A stretch of DNA of 64,000 bases from Candidatus Aenigmatarchaeota archaeon. Lineage in GTDB: Archaea; Aenigmatarchaeota; Aenigmatarchaeia; CG10238-14; SCSR01. The position numbers and the translations under genes are program-made. A model generated the notes under the pieces. It did no database searches and was not told where the DNA came from. It was given only the letters and a program-made list of their open reading frames with translations. The DNA is taken from the NCBI GenBank assembly GCA_038999725.1, contig JAWBWS010000001.1, forward strand, positions 129,711 to 193,710, given 5' to 3'. Of the stretch, positions 30,500 to 40,316 are shown piece by piece. Within the stretch, counting starts at the first letter, position 1; each line of letters opens with the position of its first letter.

Positions 30500-31657
30500 A
30501 TGAAGAAAAAAATAATGATAGTATTGGGAACAAGATCGGAAATAATAAAATTTTCTTCAATAATTAGAGAATTAAAAAGAAGGAAAATTTTTGATGTCAA
30601 AATTTTACATACAGGACAACATGAAACAAAAGATTTGATGAAATTATTAGATTTGCCTGAACCAGACATATACTTGGGAGAGTCATTAAGGAAAAAATGG
30701 GCAAGAAAGGGAAAAATGTATTCAATTTTACTGGCAGTATTTTGGCTTATGAAAACTTTTTTAGGAATAAGAAGAACCATTATCAAGGAAAAACCCGATG
30801 CTATTTTCTATCAAGGAAATTGTATGAGTGTTCCTATAACAGTGTTTGCAGCAAAGAGTGTTTCAAAAAAAATAATTTTAATTCATAGAGAATCGGGAAT
30901 AAGAACTCATAATATTTTTGAACCATTTCTAGGAGAATTGAGCGAAATAATTGGAGACAGGTTTGCCGACATATTATTTACACCAAGTAAAGTTGCTGAA
31001 AATAATTTAAAAAAAGAAAAAATTAGAGGATTGATCTTTAATGTTGGGGATCCGCATGTTGAAATCATTGATTATGTATTGAAAAGGTTAAAATTAGCTG
31101 AAGGGTATAAAAAAGAAAAATATATTAAAGGGTATAAAAAAGAAAAATATATTATTGTTAATGTTATACGCTTTGAGAATATAAACAACAAAAATAAAAT
31201 GAAGAACCTGGTTGAAATATTGATAAAATCCCCTTTTAAAGTCATATTTCCTATGAATCCCAACACTAAAGATAAACTAAAGCGATTTGGATTTTGGGGT
31301 GAACTAGAAAAACATCCTCACATCGTTTTGTGTGACCCTTATAATTATATAGATTTTTTGTATTTGATAAAAAATAGTGAAGCTGTTTTAACCGATAGTG
31401 GAGGTGTTCAACAAGAGGCTTTTATTTTGAAAGTACCTTGTATATTTCTTGGAAAAATAAATGTTTGGAAAGAATTTGAAAATATTGGAGTTGTTAGATC
31501 TACAGAATTTGATGTAAAAAAGACTTTAAAATTGCTTCAGGAAATAAAAAATAAAGGATACTTTTATAAAAAAGTAAAGAAAGCTAAATATCCTCTAGGT
31601 GATGGTAAAGCAACAAAAAAAATAGTTGATATTTTAGAAAAAAAGTTAGGGGTATAG
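30500..31657 (+). CDS. UDP-N-acetylhexosamine 2-epimerase homolog (WecB/WbpI family), divergent active site
   Basis: GTRSEIIK, HTGQH, TDSGGVQQEA, GDGKA. Confidence 0.85.
   Translation: MKKKIMIVLGTRSEIIKFSSIIRELKRRKIFDVKILHTGQHETKDLMKLLDLPEPDIYLGESLRKKWARKGKMYSILLAVFWLMKTFLGIRRTIIKEKPDAIFYQGNCMSVPITVFAAKSVSKKIILIHRESGIRTHNIFEPFLGELSEIIGDRFADILFTPSKVAENNLKKEKIRGLIFNVGDPHVEIIDYVLKRLKLAEGYKKEKYIKGYKKEKYIIVNVIRFENINNKNKMKNLVEILIKSPFKVIFPMNPNTKDKLKRFGFWGELEKHPHIVLCDPYNYIDFLYLIKNSEAVLTDSGGVQQEAFILKVPCIFLGKINVWKEFENIGVVRSTEFDVKKTLKLLQEIKNKGYFYKKVKKAKYPLGDGKATKKIVDILEKKLGV
31101..31154 (+). repeat. Perfect 27-bp tandem duplication within epimerase gene
   Basis: AAGGGTATAAAAAAGAAAAATATATTA twice, encoding GYKKEKYI twice. 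Confidence 0.95.
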
Positions 31658-31663
31658 CTATTC

Positions 31664-33520
31664 ATGTGTGGTATAGCTGGTTATTTCGGAATCGAAAATA
31701 AATTACTACTTAAAAAAATGCTCAAAATTTTAAAACATCGTGGTCCTGATGATTGTGGAGTATTCTTTGATAAAAATATAGCTCTTGGTAATAGAAGGCT
31801 TTCCATTATAGATATAAAACTTGGTAAGCAACCAATCCATAATGAAAAAAAAGATATTTGGATAGTATTTAATGGAGAAATTTACAACTTCCTTGAGTTA
31901 AGAGAAGAGCTGATAAAACTCGGTCACAATTTCTATACAAAAAGTGATACAGAAACAATTGTTCATGCTTATGAAGAATGGGGTGTAAAGTGCTTAGAAA
32001 AATTAAATGGAATGTTTGCCTTTGCTATTTGGGATAAGAGAAAAAGGATATTATTTTTAGCTAGAGATAGATTTGGTATAAAACCGCTTTATTACTATTT
32101 GGATGGGAAAAAATTCATTTTTGCTTCTGAAATAAAAGCAATTCTGCAAGATAAATCTATTCAAATAATGCCAAATGAAAAATCAATTTATAAGTTTTTA
32201 GTTTACGGTTTTAATGACGATGAAGAAGAAACTTTTTTTGAAGGTATTAAAAGATTGTTGCCTGCACACTATATGGTTGTTAAAAAGAATGATATAAAAA
32301 TAAAAAGGTATTGGAAGTTAAAAATAGGTAAAAGATTGAAGAAGTTCAAAAATGAAGATGAAATAGCAGAACAACTTTACAATCTTTTAGAAGATAGTAT
32401 AAAAAAACATTTGATAAGTGAAGTTCCTGTTGGGACTTGTTTGAGTGGTGGTATAGATTCTTCTCTGATAGTTTGTGTTATCAATAAACTTTTGAAAAAG
32501 AATGGCAATCTTACCAAAGTTATTGGTGAAATGCAAAAAACTTTTTCAGCAGTTTATGATGATAAAAAAATTGATGAAAGAAAATATATTGAAGAAATAA
32601 TAAAATTCACGGGGGTAGAAAAAAACTACACTTTTCCTTCTTCTAAAAAATTGTGGAAAGATTTGAAAAAAATTGTTTATTTCCAGGACGAGCCTTTTTT
32701 AGGACCAAGCATATATGCTCAATGGGAAGTCATGAAATTAGCAAGTAAAAAAGTTAAAGTCTTGCTTGATGGCCAAGGTGGGGATGAAATTTTTGCTGGT
32801 TATATACCTTACTATGGAATTTACTTCAGAAACTTGTTAAAAGAAAAGAAATATTTTCAACTTTTGAAAGAGTTCTTGCTAAGCTTGGATTTAACTCTAC
32901 CTTTTGTTTTTAAATATTTTTCACAGAAAAGGGTTGAAAGTGAAATAAAAAAAATGCTTGATGAAAATTTTGTAAAAAAATATGAAAAGAAAGTTAAAAA
33001 TAAGTGGATTGGTAATGATTTAGCTAAATTTTTGCAGTTAGAAATAACCAAAACCAGCCTTCCAAGACTTTTAAGGTATGAAGATAGAAATTCTTCAGCA
33101 TTTTCAATAGAAGCTAGGGTGCCTTTTCTTGATCATAGGATTGTTGAGTTTGTTTTTTCTTTACCTATTTCGATGAGAATAAAAAATGGTTGGACAAAAT
33201 ATATTTTAAGAAAAGCTGTAAAGGGGATAGTGCCTGAAAAAATTAGATGGAGAAGAAGTAAAATAGGATTTGCTGTGCCTGAAAAAAAGTGGTTGATAGA
33301 ATTAAAAGACAAGATAACGAAAATTTTTCTTTCAAAAGAATTTGAAAGTAGAAAATATTTTAATCAAGAAGAAATTGTCAGAAAATTTAAATATTTTTGT
33401 GAAGGAAAACTTAATGAAGAACATGCTAGAATTTTTTGGAGGATTTTAGTTTTGGAATTTTGGTTTAGAGTTTTTCTTAATAGAAAGGGGAATGAAATTG
33501 CTAATATTAAATATATGTGA
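31664..33520 (+). CDS. asnB: Asparagine synthase-like glutamine amidotransferase (probably sugar amidation)
   Basis: MCGIAG, HRGPD, FNGEIYN, ARDRFGIKPLYY, LSGGIDSS, EARVPFLD; inside glycan cluster. Confidence 0.92.
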   Translation: MCGIAGYFGIENKLLLKKMLKILKHRGPDDCGVFFDKNIALGNRRLSIIDIKLGKQPIHNEKKDIWIVFNGEIYNFLELREELIKLGHNFYTKSDTETIVHAYEEWGVKCLEKLNGMFAFAIWDKRKRILFLARDRFGIKPLYYYLDGKKFIFASEIKAILQDKSIQIMPNEKSIYKFLVYGFNDDEEETFFEGIKRLLPAHYMVVKKNDIKIKRYWKLKIGKRLKKFKNEDEIAEQLYNLLEDSIKKHLISEVPVGTCLSGGIDSSLIVCVINKLLKKNGNLTKVIGEMQKTFSAVYDDKKIDERKYIEEIIKFTGVEKNYTFPSSKKLWKDLKKIVYFQDEPFLGPSIYAQWEVMKLASKKVKVLLDGQGGDEIFAGYIPYYGIYFRNLLKEKKYFQLLKEFLLSLDLTLPFVFKYFSQKRVESEIKKMLDENFVKKYEKKVKNKWIGNDLAKFLQLEITKTSLPRLLRYEDRNSSAFSIEARVPFLDHRIVEFVFSLPISMRIKNGWTKYILRKAVKGIVPEKIRWRRSKIGFAVPEKKWLIELKDKITKIFLSKEFESRKYFNQEEIVRKFKYFCEGKLNEEHARIFWRILVLEFWFRVFLNRKGNEIANIKYM

Positions 33521-33639
33521 TTTAAAATGAGATTAATTTTAGATTTAGCCTAAAAAGTAGTAAAACAAATCATATTCGAGGAAAATAATAACTCATGCTA
33601 ATAAGTTATTATTTTAAAAAACATAATTAAGGTGATTAA

Positions 33640-34632
33640 ATAAAGATAATTCATTGTCCAACAGACGTATCAAAACAGGCATGGGTTTTATCAAGAGCTC
33701 AAAGAAAACTTGGTTTCAATAGCGATGTGATGGTGTATAGATCTAACCAATACTATAATTTTAATTATGAATATAATTTCCACTTAGAAAACTATCCAAT
33801 ACCAATAAAATATGTTGTTGGATTGTATAAATCCATTAAGTTTGTTCATAAAATGCTTAAAAAATATGATGTTTTTCATTTTCATACTAAAAGTATTTTA
33901 CCTTTAAATTATGATGCAATCCTTGCGAAAGTAAATAAGAAAAAAATTATTTTTCATTTTCATGGTTGTGAAATAAGACTATTCTATCATGGGCCATGTC
34001 GAATGTGTCTAAAAATAAATAAAAATTCTAAGATAAAATTAATTCAAAATGCTAATAAATTATCAGACAAAATAATTGTTTCGACACCAGATTTACTAAA
34101 ACAACTACCAAACTCTCTGTGGATAGAAAATTCTATAGATATCGAAGAATGGAAATATGAGAAAAAAATAAAAACAGATGATATAGTAAGAATCGTCCAT
34201 TCACCAAGTGATAGAATCCTCAAAGGCACACAATATATAGAATATGCTGTCGACCAGCTTAAAAAATCAGGATATAAAGTAGAATTGATTTTATTAGAAA
34301 ACATTCCAAATACAAAAGTAAGAGAATTTATAGAAAAAGCGGATATAGCTATTGACCAATTAAATGTTGGTTGGTATGGTGTTTTTGCTATAGAATCTAT
34401 GTGTATGGGCATTCCAACTTGTGTATATATAAGAAATGATTTAGAAGAATTTGCTAAAAAGCGTCCAATAATAAATGTTAATCCAAAAAATTTACTAGAA
34501 ATCTTAAGAATTCTAATTGAAGATGAGAAATTGAGGAAAAATATTGGTAAGAAAAGTAGAAAATTTGTTAGGTCCAATCATAACTCTATTAAAAATGCAA
34601 AAAAAATTATAAAATTATACGAAAGTTATTAA
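33640..34632 (+). CDS. GT4-like glycosyltransferase, probable ATA start
   Basis: HGCEIR, STPDL, HSPS...KGT, DQL..GWYG..AIESM; frame extends 29 codons upstream of GTG 33727 to ATA after GGTGA. Confidence 0.82.
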   Translation: MKIIHCPTDVSKQAWVLSRAQRKLGFNSDVMVYRSNQYYNFNYEYNFHLENYPIPIKYVVGLYKSIKFVHKMLKKYDVFHFHTKSILPLNYDAILAKVNKKKIIFHFHGCEIRLFYHGPCRMCLKINKNSKIKLIQNANKLSDKIIVSTPDLLKQLPNSLWIENSIDIEEWKYEKKIKTDDIVRIVHSPSDRILKGTQYIEYAVDQLKKSGYKVELILLENIPNTKVREFIEKADIAIDQLNVGWYGVFAIESMCMGIPTCVYIRNDLEEFAKKRPIINVNPKNLLEILRILIEDEKLRKNIGKKSRKFVRSNHNSIKNAKKIIKLYESY

Positions 34633-34647
34633 AACTAAGGTAATATA

Positions 34648-35925
34648 ATGAAATTATCAATTTTCGGTCTAGGAAACATAGGCTTACCTTTGACCTGTAT
34701 TTTTGCTTCTATAGGAAAAGTTATAGCTGCTGATATAGACAAGAAAAAAATTAACCAAATAAATAAGGGTGAATGTCCGTTAAAAAATGAAGAGTTTGTT
34801 CCAGAATTATTAAGGAAATACGTGAAGGAAAAGAAAATAGAAGCTACTACAGATTTAGAATATACGGCAAAAAACTCTGATGTTAAGGTAATAATTGTTC
34901 CCTTAATTATAGACAAAAACAAAAAAATTGATTTTTCTAATATAGTTTCAGTTTCTGAAGTGATAGGAAAAAATTTGAAAAAAGGTGATTTAGTTATTGT
35001 TTCGACTACAATGCCAATTGGTGCAACAAGGAATGTTGTTAGTAAAATTTTGGAAGAAAAATCTGACCTTAAAGCTGGTGAAGATTTTTATCTTGTCTAT
35101 GCTCCTGAACAAGCTATGAATCCACATGTAATTAAAGATTTAACAGAAAATTACGAGCAGATAATTGGAGGTGTAAATCAAGAGTCTGCCGAAAAAGCTA
35201 AAGCTATTTATGAAAAAATAAATAAGAAAGGTGTAATTGTTGTTAGGAATTGTGAAACTGCTGAACTAATAAAGCTAGCTGGAGCCGGTATTTATAGATA
35301 TGTCAACATAGCTTTAGCAGCAGAAATTGCGAAAATTTGTGAAAATTTTGATATCGACTTCATTGAAGTTATGGAAAAAACCAATTTAATTAAACATTAT
35401 CACTTACACAAACCAACAATAGGTGTTGGTGGACATTGTGTTCCTGTTTATCCATATTTCGTTTTTAATAATTTCAAAGATCAGAAACTTCTTGAAGCTA
35501 GTATTAAAATAAATGAAAACCTTCCAAGACATTCAATCAATATAATTAAAAAATTTTTTGGCAGTTTGAAGGGGAAGAAGATAGGAGTTTTTGGCTTGAG
35601 TTATAGGGGAAATGTGAAAGAAGACAGATTTTCACCAACTTATGAAATAATAAAAATATTGAAAAGAGAAGGTGTAAAAGTATTTATTAACGACCCATAT
35701 TACACAAAAGAAGAATTAGAATTAAAAACAGGTGTGAAATATATTGGCGAAAATGAAATGAATAAACTAGATGGGATAATTATAGCTACTGACCACGAAA
35801 GATACAAGAGTTTAGATTTTCCTAAAAATTTGAAATTTGTGTTTGATGGTAAAAGTTTCTTAGACCCTGAAAAAATAAAGAAGAAAGGTATAAAATATTT
35901 GGCTGTAGGGAGGTTATGCTTTTGA
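34648..35925 (+). CDS. UDP-N-acetylhexosamine 6-dehydrogenase (WbpA/WecC family)
   Basis: GLGNIGLP, STTMPIG, GVGGHCVP catalytic Cys, GLSYRGNV. Confidence 0.9.
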   Translation: MKLSIFGLGNIGLPLTCIFASIGKVIAADIDKKKINQINKGECPLKNEEFVPELLRKYVKEKKIEATTDLEYTAKNSDVKVIIVPLIIDKNKKIDFSNIVSVSEVIGKNLKKGDLVIVSTTMPIGATRNVVSKILEEKSDLKAGEDFYLVYAPEQAMNPHVIKDLTENYEQIIGGVNQESAEKAKAIYEKINKKGVIVVRNCETAELIKLAGAGIYRYVNIALAAEIAKICENFDIDFIEVMEKTNLIKHYHLHKPTIGVGGHCVPVYPYFVFNNFKDQKLLEASIKINENLPRHSINIIKKFFGSLKGKKIGVFGLSYRGNVKEDRFSPTYEIIKILKREGVKVFINDPYYTKEELELKTGVKYIGENEMNKLDGIIIATDHERYKSLDFPKNLKFVFDGKSFLDPEKIKKKGIKYLAVGRLCF

Positions 35926-36932
35926 GTGAACTTAAAGCTGGTGTGATTGGTTTAGGTAGCATGGGTCAACATCATGCTAGACATTATTTTAATTTTCAAG
36001 ATGTAAATCTTATAGCTGTCTCTGATATTGATGATAATAAAGTAGAAATTGCAAAAAAATACAATTGCAAATTTTACAATAATTACAAAGAGATGCTTGA
36101 GAAAGAAAATTTAGATATCGTTTCTATAGCAGTTCCTACTTCTCTTCACAAGAAAGTGGCAGTTGATGTTTTAAATAAAGGAATTCACGTCCTGATTGAG
36201 AAACCAATTTCCTATGATTTAAGAAGTGCAAAAGAGATTTTAAAAGCTGCTAAAAAAAATAAAGTAAAGTTAATGGTAGGTCATATAGAAAGATTTAATC
36301 CAGTTATAAGAAAATTAAAAAAGTTAATTGAAGAGAAGGAGTTTGGTGAGATTTTATCAATAGAACTAAAAAGACTTTCAATATATCATCCTAGGATAAG
36401 AGATTGTGGTGTTATAATTGATTTGGGAATTCATGACATTGATTTAGTGAACTTTCTTTTGAATCAAAAATTAAAGAGTATTTATGTTACTGCATTTCAC
36501 AAATTCGTGCCAAATCCCGAATTTGAGGATTATGCAAATATAATTCTAAACTTTAAAAACAACACAATTGGAAAAATAGAAGTCAGTTGGATTTCGCCAA
36601 TAAAAATTAGAGAAATAACCTTAATTGGATCTAAAAATTGTTGTAAAGTTTACACACTCCAACAAAAAATTGAAATAACAGAAAGTTTCTTGGAAAAGAA
36701 GAACACTTTAACATGGGAAGACTATCAAGAATTTATTAAAAAGTTTGAACCAAAAGTGAAAATTCTACAAGAAGAAAATATAGAACCCTTGCAAATAGAA
36801 CTTAGAAGTTTTGTAGATTCTGTAAAATTTGATAAACCTGTTCTTGTAACTGGTGAAGAAGCGCTAAAAGCTTTGGAAATTGCTACAAAAGCTATAGAAT
36901 CTTATAAAACTGGAAAAGTTATTTTTGTGTGA
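35916..36932 (+). CDS. Gfo/Idh/MocA oxidoreductase (WbpB-like 3-dehydrogenase)
   Basis: [25 protein letters not shown]. Confidence 0.9.
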   Translation: MLLSELKAGVIGLGSMGQHHARHYFNFQDVNLIAVSDIDDNKVEIAKKYNCKFYNNYKEMLEKENLDIVSIAVPTSLHKKVAVDVLNKGIHVLIEKPISYDLRSAKEILKAAKKNKVKLMVGHIERFNPVIRKLKKLIEEKEFGEILSIELKRLSIYHPRIRDCGVIIDLGIHDIDLVNFLLNQKLKSIYVTAFHKFVPNPEFEDYANIILNFKNNTIGKIEVSWISPIKIREITLIGSKNCCKVYTLQQKIEITESFLEKKNTLTWEDYQEFIKKFEPKVKILQEENIEPLQIELRSFVDSVKFDKPVLVTGEEALKALEIATKAIESYKTGKVIFV

Positions 36933-38004
36933 AAAATTCTTTGATAGAATTCACAATCAAATCCAAATCCCTTTTTGTTAAACTTGGATGAACTGGTAAA
37001 GACAAAACCTCTTTTGAAAGTTTTTCTGCCACAGGTAAAGAATCTTTATATCCAAGCTGTTGATAAAACTTTTGTTTATGAATTGGTAAAGGATAGTAAA
37101 CTGCAGTTTGAATTTCTCTTTTTTCCAAAAACTCTTTCAGTTCATCTCTTTTTTTAGTTTTTATGGTAAATTGATGAAAAACATGTTTAACATTTTCTGC
37201 AATGAAGGGTGTTTCTACTTCTTCAATATTTTTCAGTTGCTCTATTAAGAACTTAGCATTCTCTATCCTTTTAGCATTTAGAATCTCTAGTTTATTAAAC
37301 TGGGCAAGACCAATAGCAGCAGCTATATCAGTCATCCTGTAATTATAGCCTAAAGAATCAACAAAGTACCTTTGGTATTCTCCATGACTTCTTATTTTTC
37401 TACACTTCTCAGCTATTTTTTCATCATTTGTTACAACCATGCCGCCTTCCCCAGTTGTGATGTTTTTTGTAGGATAAAAGCTAAAAATAGCACAGTCACC
37501 AAAAGACCCTACTTTCTTACCATCAAACTCTGCACCAAGAGCTTGAGCAGCATCTTCAACCAAAATCAAATCATTATCTTCACAAATTTCAGTCAAACTT
37601 TTCACATCAGCAGGATGGCCATATAAATGAACAGGTAAAATTGCTTTCGTCTTATCTGTTATTTTTTCTTCAATTTTTGTTGGATCTATGTTGAAAGTCT
37701 TTTCATCTACATCTACAAATACAGGTCTGGCTCCACAATACAAAATTGAATTTGCCGTCGCAACAAAAGTGAAAGGTGTTGTTATGACTTCGTCCCCAGG
37801 TTTAATTCCAACTGCAAGTAAAGCTGTATGTAAAGCGGTTGTACCTGAAGATGTCGCCACAGCATACTTGACTCCAATATATTCTGCTATCTTTTCTTCA
37901 AATTCTTTCACTTTTGGCCCTTGTGCAAGCATGCCAGATTTTAAAACTTCCTTCACTGCTTCAATCTCTTCTTCACTAATTATAGGGGAAGCTATTTTTA
38001 TCAT
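36919..38004 (-). CDS. DegT/DnrJ aminotransferase (WbpE-like)
   Basis: [33 protein letters not shown]. Confidence 0.94.
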   Translation of the reverse strand: MIKIASPIISEEEIEAVKEVLKSGMLAQGPKVKEFEEKIAEYIGVKYAVATSSGTTALHTALLAVGIKPGDEVITTPFTFVATANSILYCGARPVFVDVDEKTFNIDPTKIEEKITDKTKAILPVHLYGHPADVKSLTEICEDNDLILVEDAAQALGAEFDGKKVGSFGDCAIFSFYPTKNITTGEGGMVVTNDEKIAEKCRKIRSHGEYQRYFVDSLGYNYRMTDIAAAIGLAQFNKLEILNAKRIENAKFLIEQLKNIEEVETPFIAENVKHVFHQFTIKTKKRDELKEFLEKREIQTAVYYPLPIHKQKFYQQLGYKDSLPVAEKLSKEVLSLPVHPSLTKRDLDLIVNSIKEFFTQK

Positions 38005-38591
38005 TTGAATTTCCTCTCTATTTCTCTAGCTGGATTGCCAACAACAACTGAATTTGGGGCAACATTTTTTGTCACAACTGCCCCTGCACCAACTACACTA
38101 TTTTCACCAATTTCTATACCAGGAAGTATGATTGCCCCTGCCCCTATTCTAACACCTTTTCTTATGATTGGTCCCTTTAAGATTGGTCTTTCTTTACTAA
38201 CTTGTGGGTTGATCATATACTTATCATTTGTTAAGATACAGTTTGGCCCAAGAAATACATCATCTTCTATAACAGTTTCTTTTGGTATATAAACGCCTGT
38301 TTGAATTGAAACATTATTACCTATTCTTGTATTACCATCAATAACGGTAGCTGTTCCAACAACAACATTATCCCCTATAATTGTGTTTTCCCTTATCAAA
38401 ACATTATGTCCTGTCCTGAACTTTTTCCCTATTTTTACATTTTTATATATAATTGTACCTCTCCTTATAATGGAACTATCTCCTATCTCTACCTTTCCTT
38501 CAATCTCAGGTGGGAATTCTCCTATGCTCACGTTTTCTTGAATCTCAACAAATTCTCCAAGAAGAATATTCCCTTCAACCATTTCTCCCAC
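38001..38591 (-). CDS. Hexapeptide-repeat N-acetyltransferase (WbpD-like)
   Basis: Left-handed beta-helix repeats, FLGP...[19 protein letters not shown]. Confidence 0.9.
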   Translation of the reverse strand: MGEMVEGNILLGEFVEIQENVSIGEFPPEIEGKVEIGDSSIIRRGTIIYKNVKIGKKFRTGHNVLIRENTIIGDNVVVGTATVIDGNTRIGNNVSIQTGVYIPKETVIEDDVFLGPNCILTNDKYMINPQVSKERPILKGPIIRKGVRIGAGAIILPGIEIGENSVVGAGAVVTKNVAPNSVVVGNPAREIERKFK

Positions 38592-38650
38592 TTCAAATTA
38601 TTATAAATCTTTTAATTTATAAGTTAAACTTCAACAACTAAAAGATAAGC

Positions 38651-39634
38651 TTACCTAAAATCACTTATTAATTTCTTAAGAACATCAAAACCATAAATTT
38701 GTGAGATGGTTATTGCTCCAATAGAATTTTCACAAAAATGAACAAGAGTTCTATAAATCAAAACTGCTGAAGTTGCTTGAGGTATTGGAACTCCTAAAGA
38801 AGATAAGAGGAAGACTAGTATAGCCTCTATTGAACCCAAGCCACCTGGTATAAAAGTCAAGCTTCCTAAAAGAACAGAAATTAAAGGTAATGTGAAAAAA
38901 ACTAAAGGTAATTTTATTCCAACGGCCTTGATTGAAAACAAAAATATCAAACATTCAAGAATCCAAATTAAAAAAGTTAACAAAAATATTCTTGAAAGCA
39001 TTTGTGAATTCTTAAGCTGAGTGAAACCTATAGAAAAATTTCTTACAACTTCTGATAAATCTTTACTGAATTTCTTTATAATTGGAAGCTTTATTGTTAT
39101 TCTTAAAAAAAGTAACATGAATTTTTTACTATTCAAAGCAAATAGAGTTAAAATTGAAATAGAGAAGAAAAATACCATTCCAAAAAAAGCTAAAGTGATA
39201 ATATGGGATGGAAGAAACTTTGCAATTGCTTGAAGGGCTGTTAAGGAGAACAAAATATAGACAAAAACATCTAGAGCTCTCTCCGTCAATACAAGAGGAA
39301 CCGTTCTTGAAGCATGTATTTTAAATTTGAGCTTCAAGAAATAACCCCTCAAGAACTCAAAAGCTTTGAATGGAACCAAATTACCAATAAACATCGCTGA
39401 ATTGAAACTATAGAAAGCATGGGAATAAGGAATTTTGATATTCACAGACTTGAGAAAGTAAAGCCACCTCAAAGATTTAAGAAAAACAGAAAAAAAGAAG
39501 CAAAGGGTTGCTAAAATAAGAAAGGTCAAATCTGATCTTAAAATGATGTGAACAACCTCATTTATACCTGAAAAATAAACTATCAAGACTAAAATAATTG
39601 CCCCAATAAAAAAACTCAAAAACTTCAACTTCAT
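38651..39634 (-). CDS. Lysylphosphatidylglycerol synthase-like TM / flippase-like protein
   Basis: RW, ERALD, PGGLGSIE, YR motifs. Confidence 0.85.
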   Translation of the reverse strand: MKLKFLSFFIGAIILVLIVYFSGINEVVHIILRSDLTFLILATLCFFFSVFLKSLRWLYFLKSVNIKIPYSHAFYSFNSAMFIGNLVPFKAFEFLRGYFLKLKFKIHASRTVPLVLTERALDVFVYILFSLTALQAIAKFLPSHIITLAFFGMVFFFSISILTLFALNSKKFMLLFLRITIKLPIIKKFSKDLSEVVRNFSIGFTQLKNSQMLSRIFLLTFLIWILECLIFLFSIKAVGIKLPLVFFTLPLISVLLGSLTFIPGGLGSIEAILVFLLSSLGVPIPQATSAVLIYRTLVHFCENSIGAITISQIYGFDVLKKLISDFR

Positions 39635-39650
39635 AAAAATTAATTTGACT

Positions 39651-40304
39651 TTAAAAATTTAAACCAAACTTTAACTCAAAAATAAATCTCAAAGTTCTTA
39701 TACCCTCTTTTAAAGTTCCCTTCGACTTTCCCAACTTCCTTTTTTCAAAAACTATTGGTACCTCTGTTGTTTTTAAATCAATTTTTTTTGCCTTATACAA
39801 AATTTCAGTATTAATTTTAAATCCTTTTGGATTGAGTTTAATTTTTTTGTAGACACTTCTTCTCACAGCAGAGAAACCAGACATACTATCTTTTATTTTT
39901 AAACCAAGAACCAAGGAAGTAATCAAACAAAAAATTCTGCTGATTAAAACTCTATAAAACTTATCTTTTGTTTTTCCTCCTTTCGTGTACCTTGAACCAA
40001 TAACTATATCATAATCTTTAGTTTTTTCTATAAGCTTAGATAAATCTTCTGGTCTATGGCTTCCATCACCATCCATGAGAACAATCACATCCCCTTTAGC
40101 AAACTCTACACCCTCCAAAACAGCTTTACCTAGACCGTCAGATTTCTGCCTAATAAGCTTTGCTCCCTTAACTTTTGGAGCAACATCACTCTTATCAACC
40201 ACGATTATTTCCTTACTTAAAGTGGATAAAGCTCTATGAATTCTCCCAACAAGTTTTTGAATGTAAGGCTCATTTTTTGTTGGAATTACTATTGAAACTC
40301 TCAT
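39651..40304 (-). CDS. GT2 polyprenol-phosphate glycosyltransferase (DPM1-like)
   Basis: VIPTKNE, MDGDGSH, IGSRY, DSMSGF, EVPIVF. Confidence 0.9.
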   Translation of the reverse strand: MRVSIVIPTKNEPYIQKLVGRIHRALSTLSKEIIVVDKSDVAPKVKGAKLIRQKSDGLGKAVLEGVEFAKGDVIVLMDGDGSHRPEDLSKLIEKTKDYDIVIGSRYTKGGKTKDKFYRVLISRIFCLITSLVLGLKIKDSMSGFSAVRRSVYKKIKLNPKGFKINTEILYKAKKIDLKTTEVPIVFEKRKLGKSKGTLKEGIRTLRFIFELKFGLNF

Positions 40305-40316
40305 GAATATTATTCT

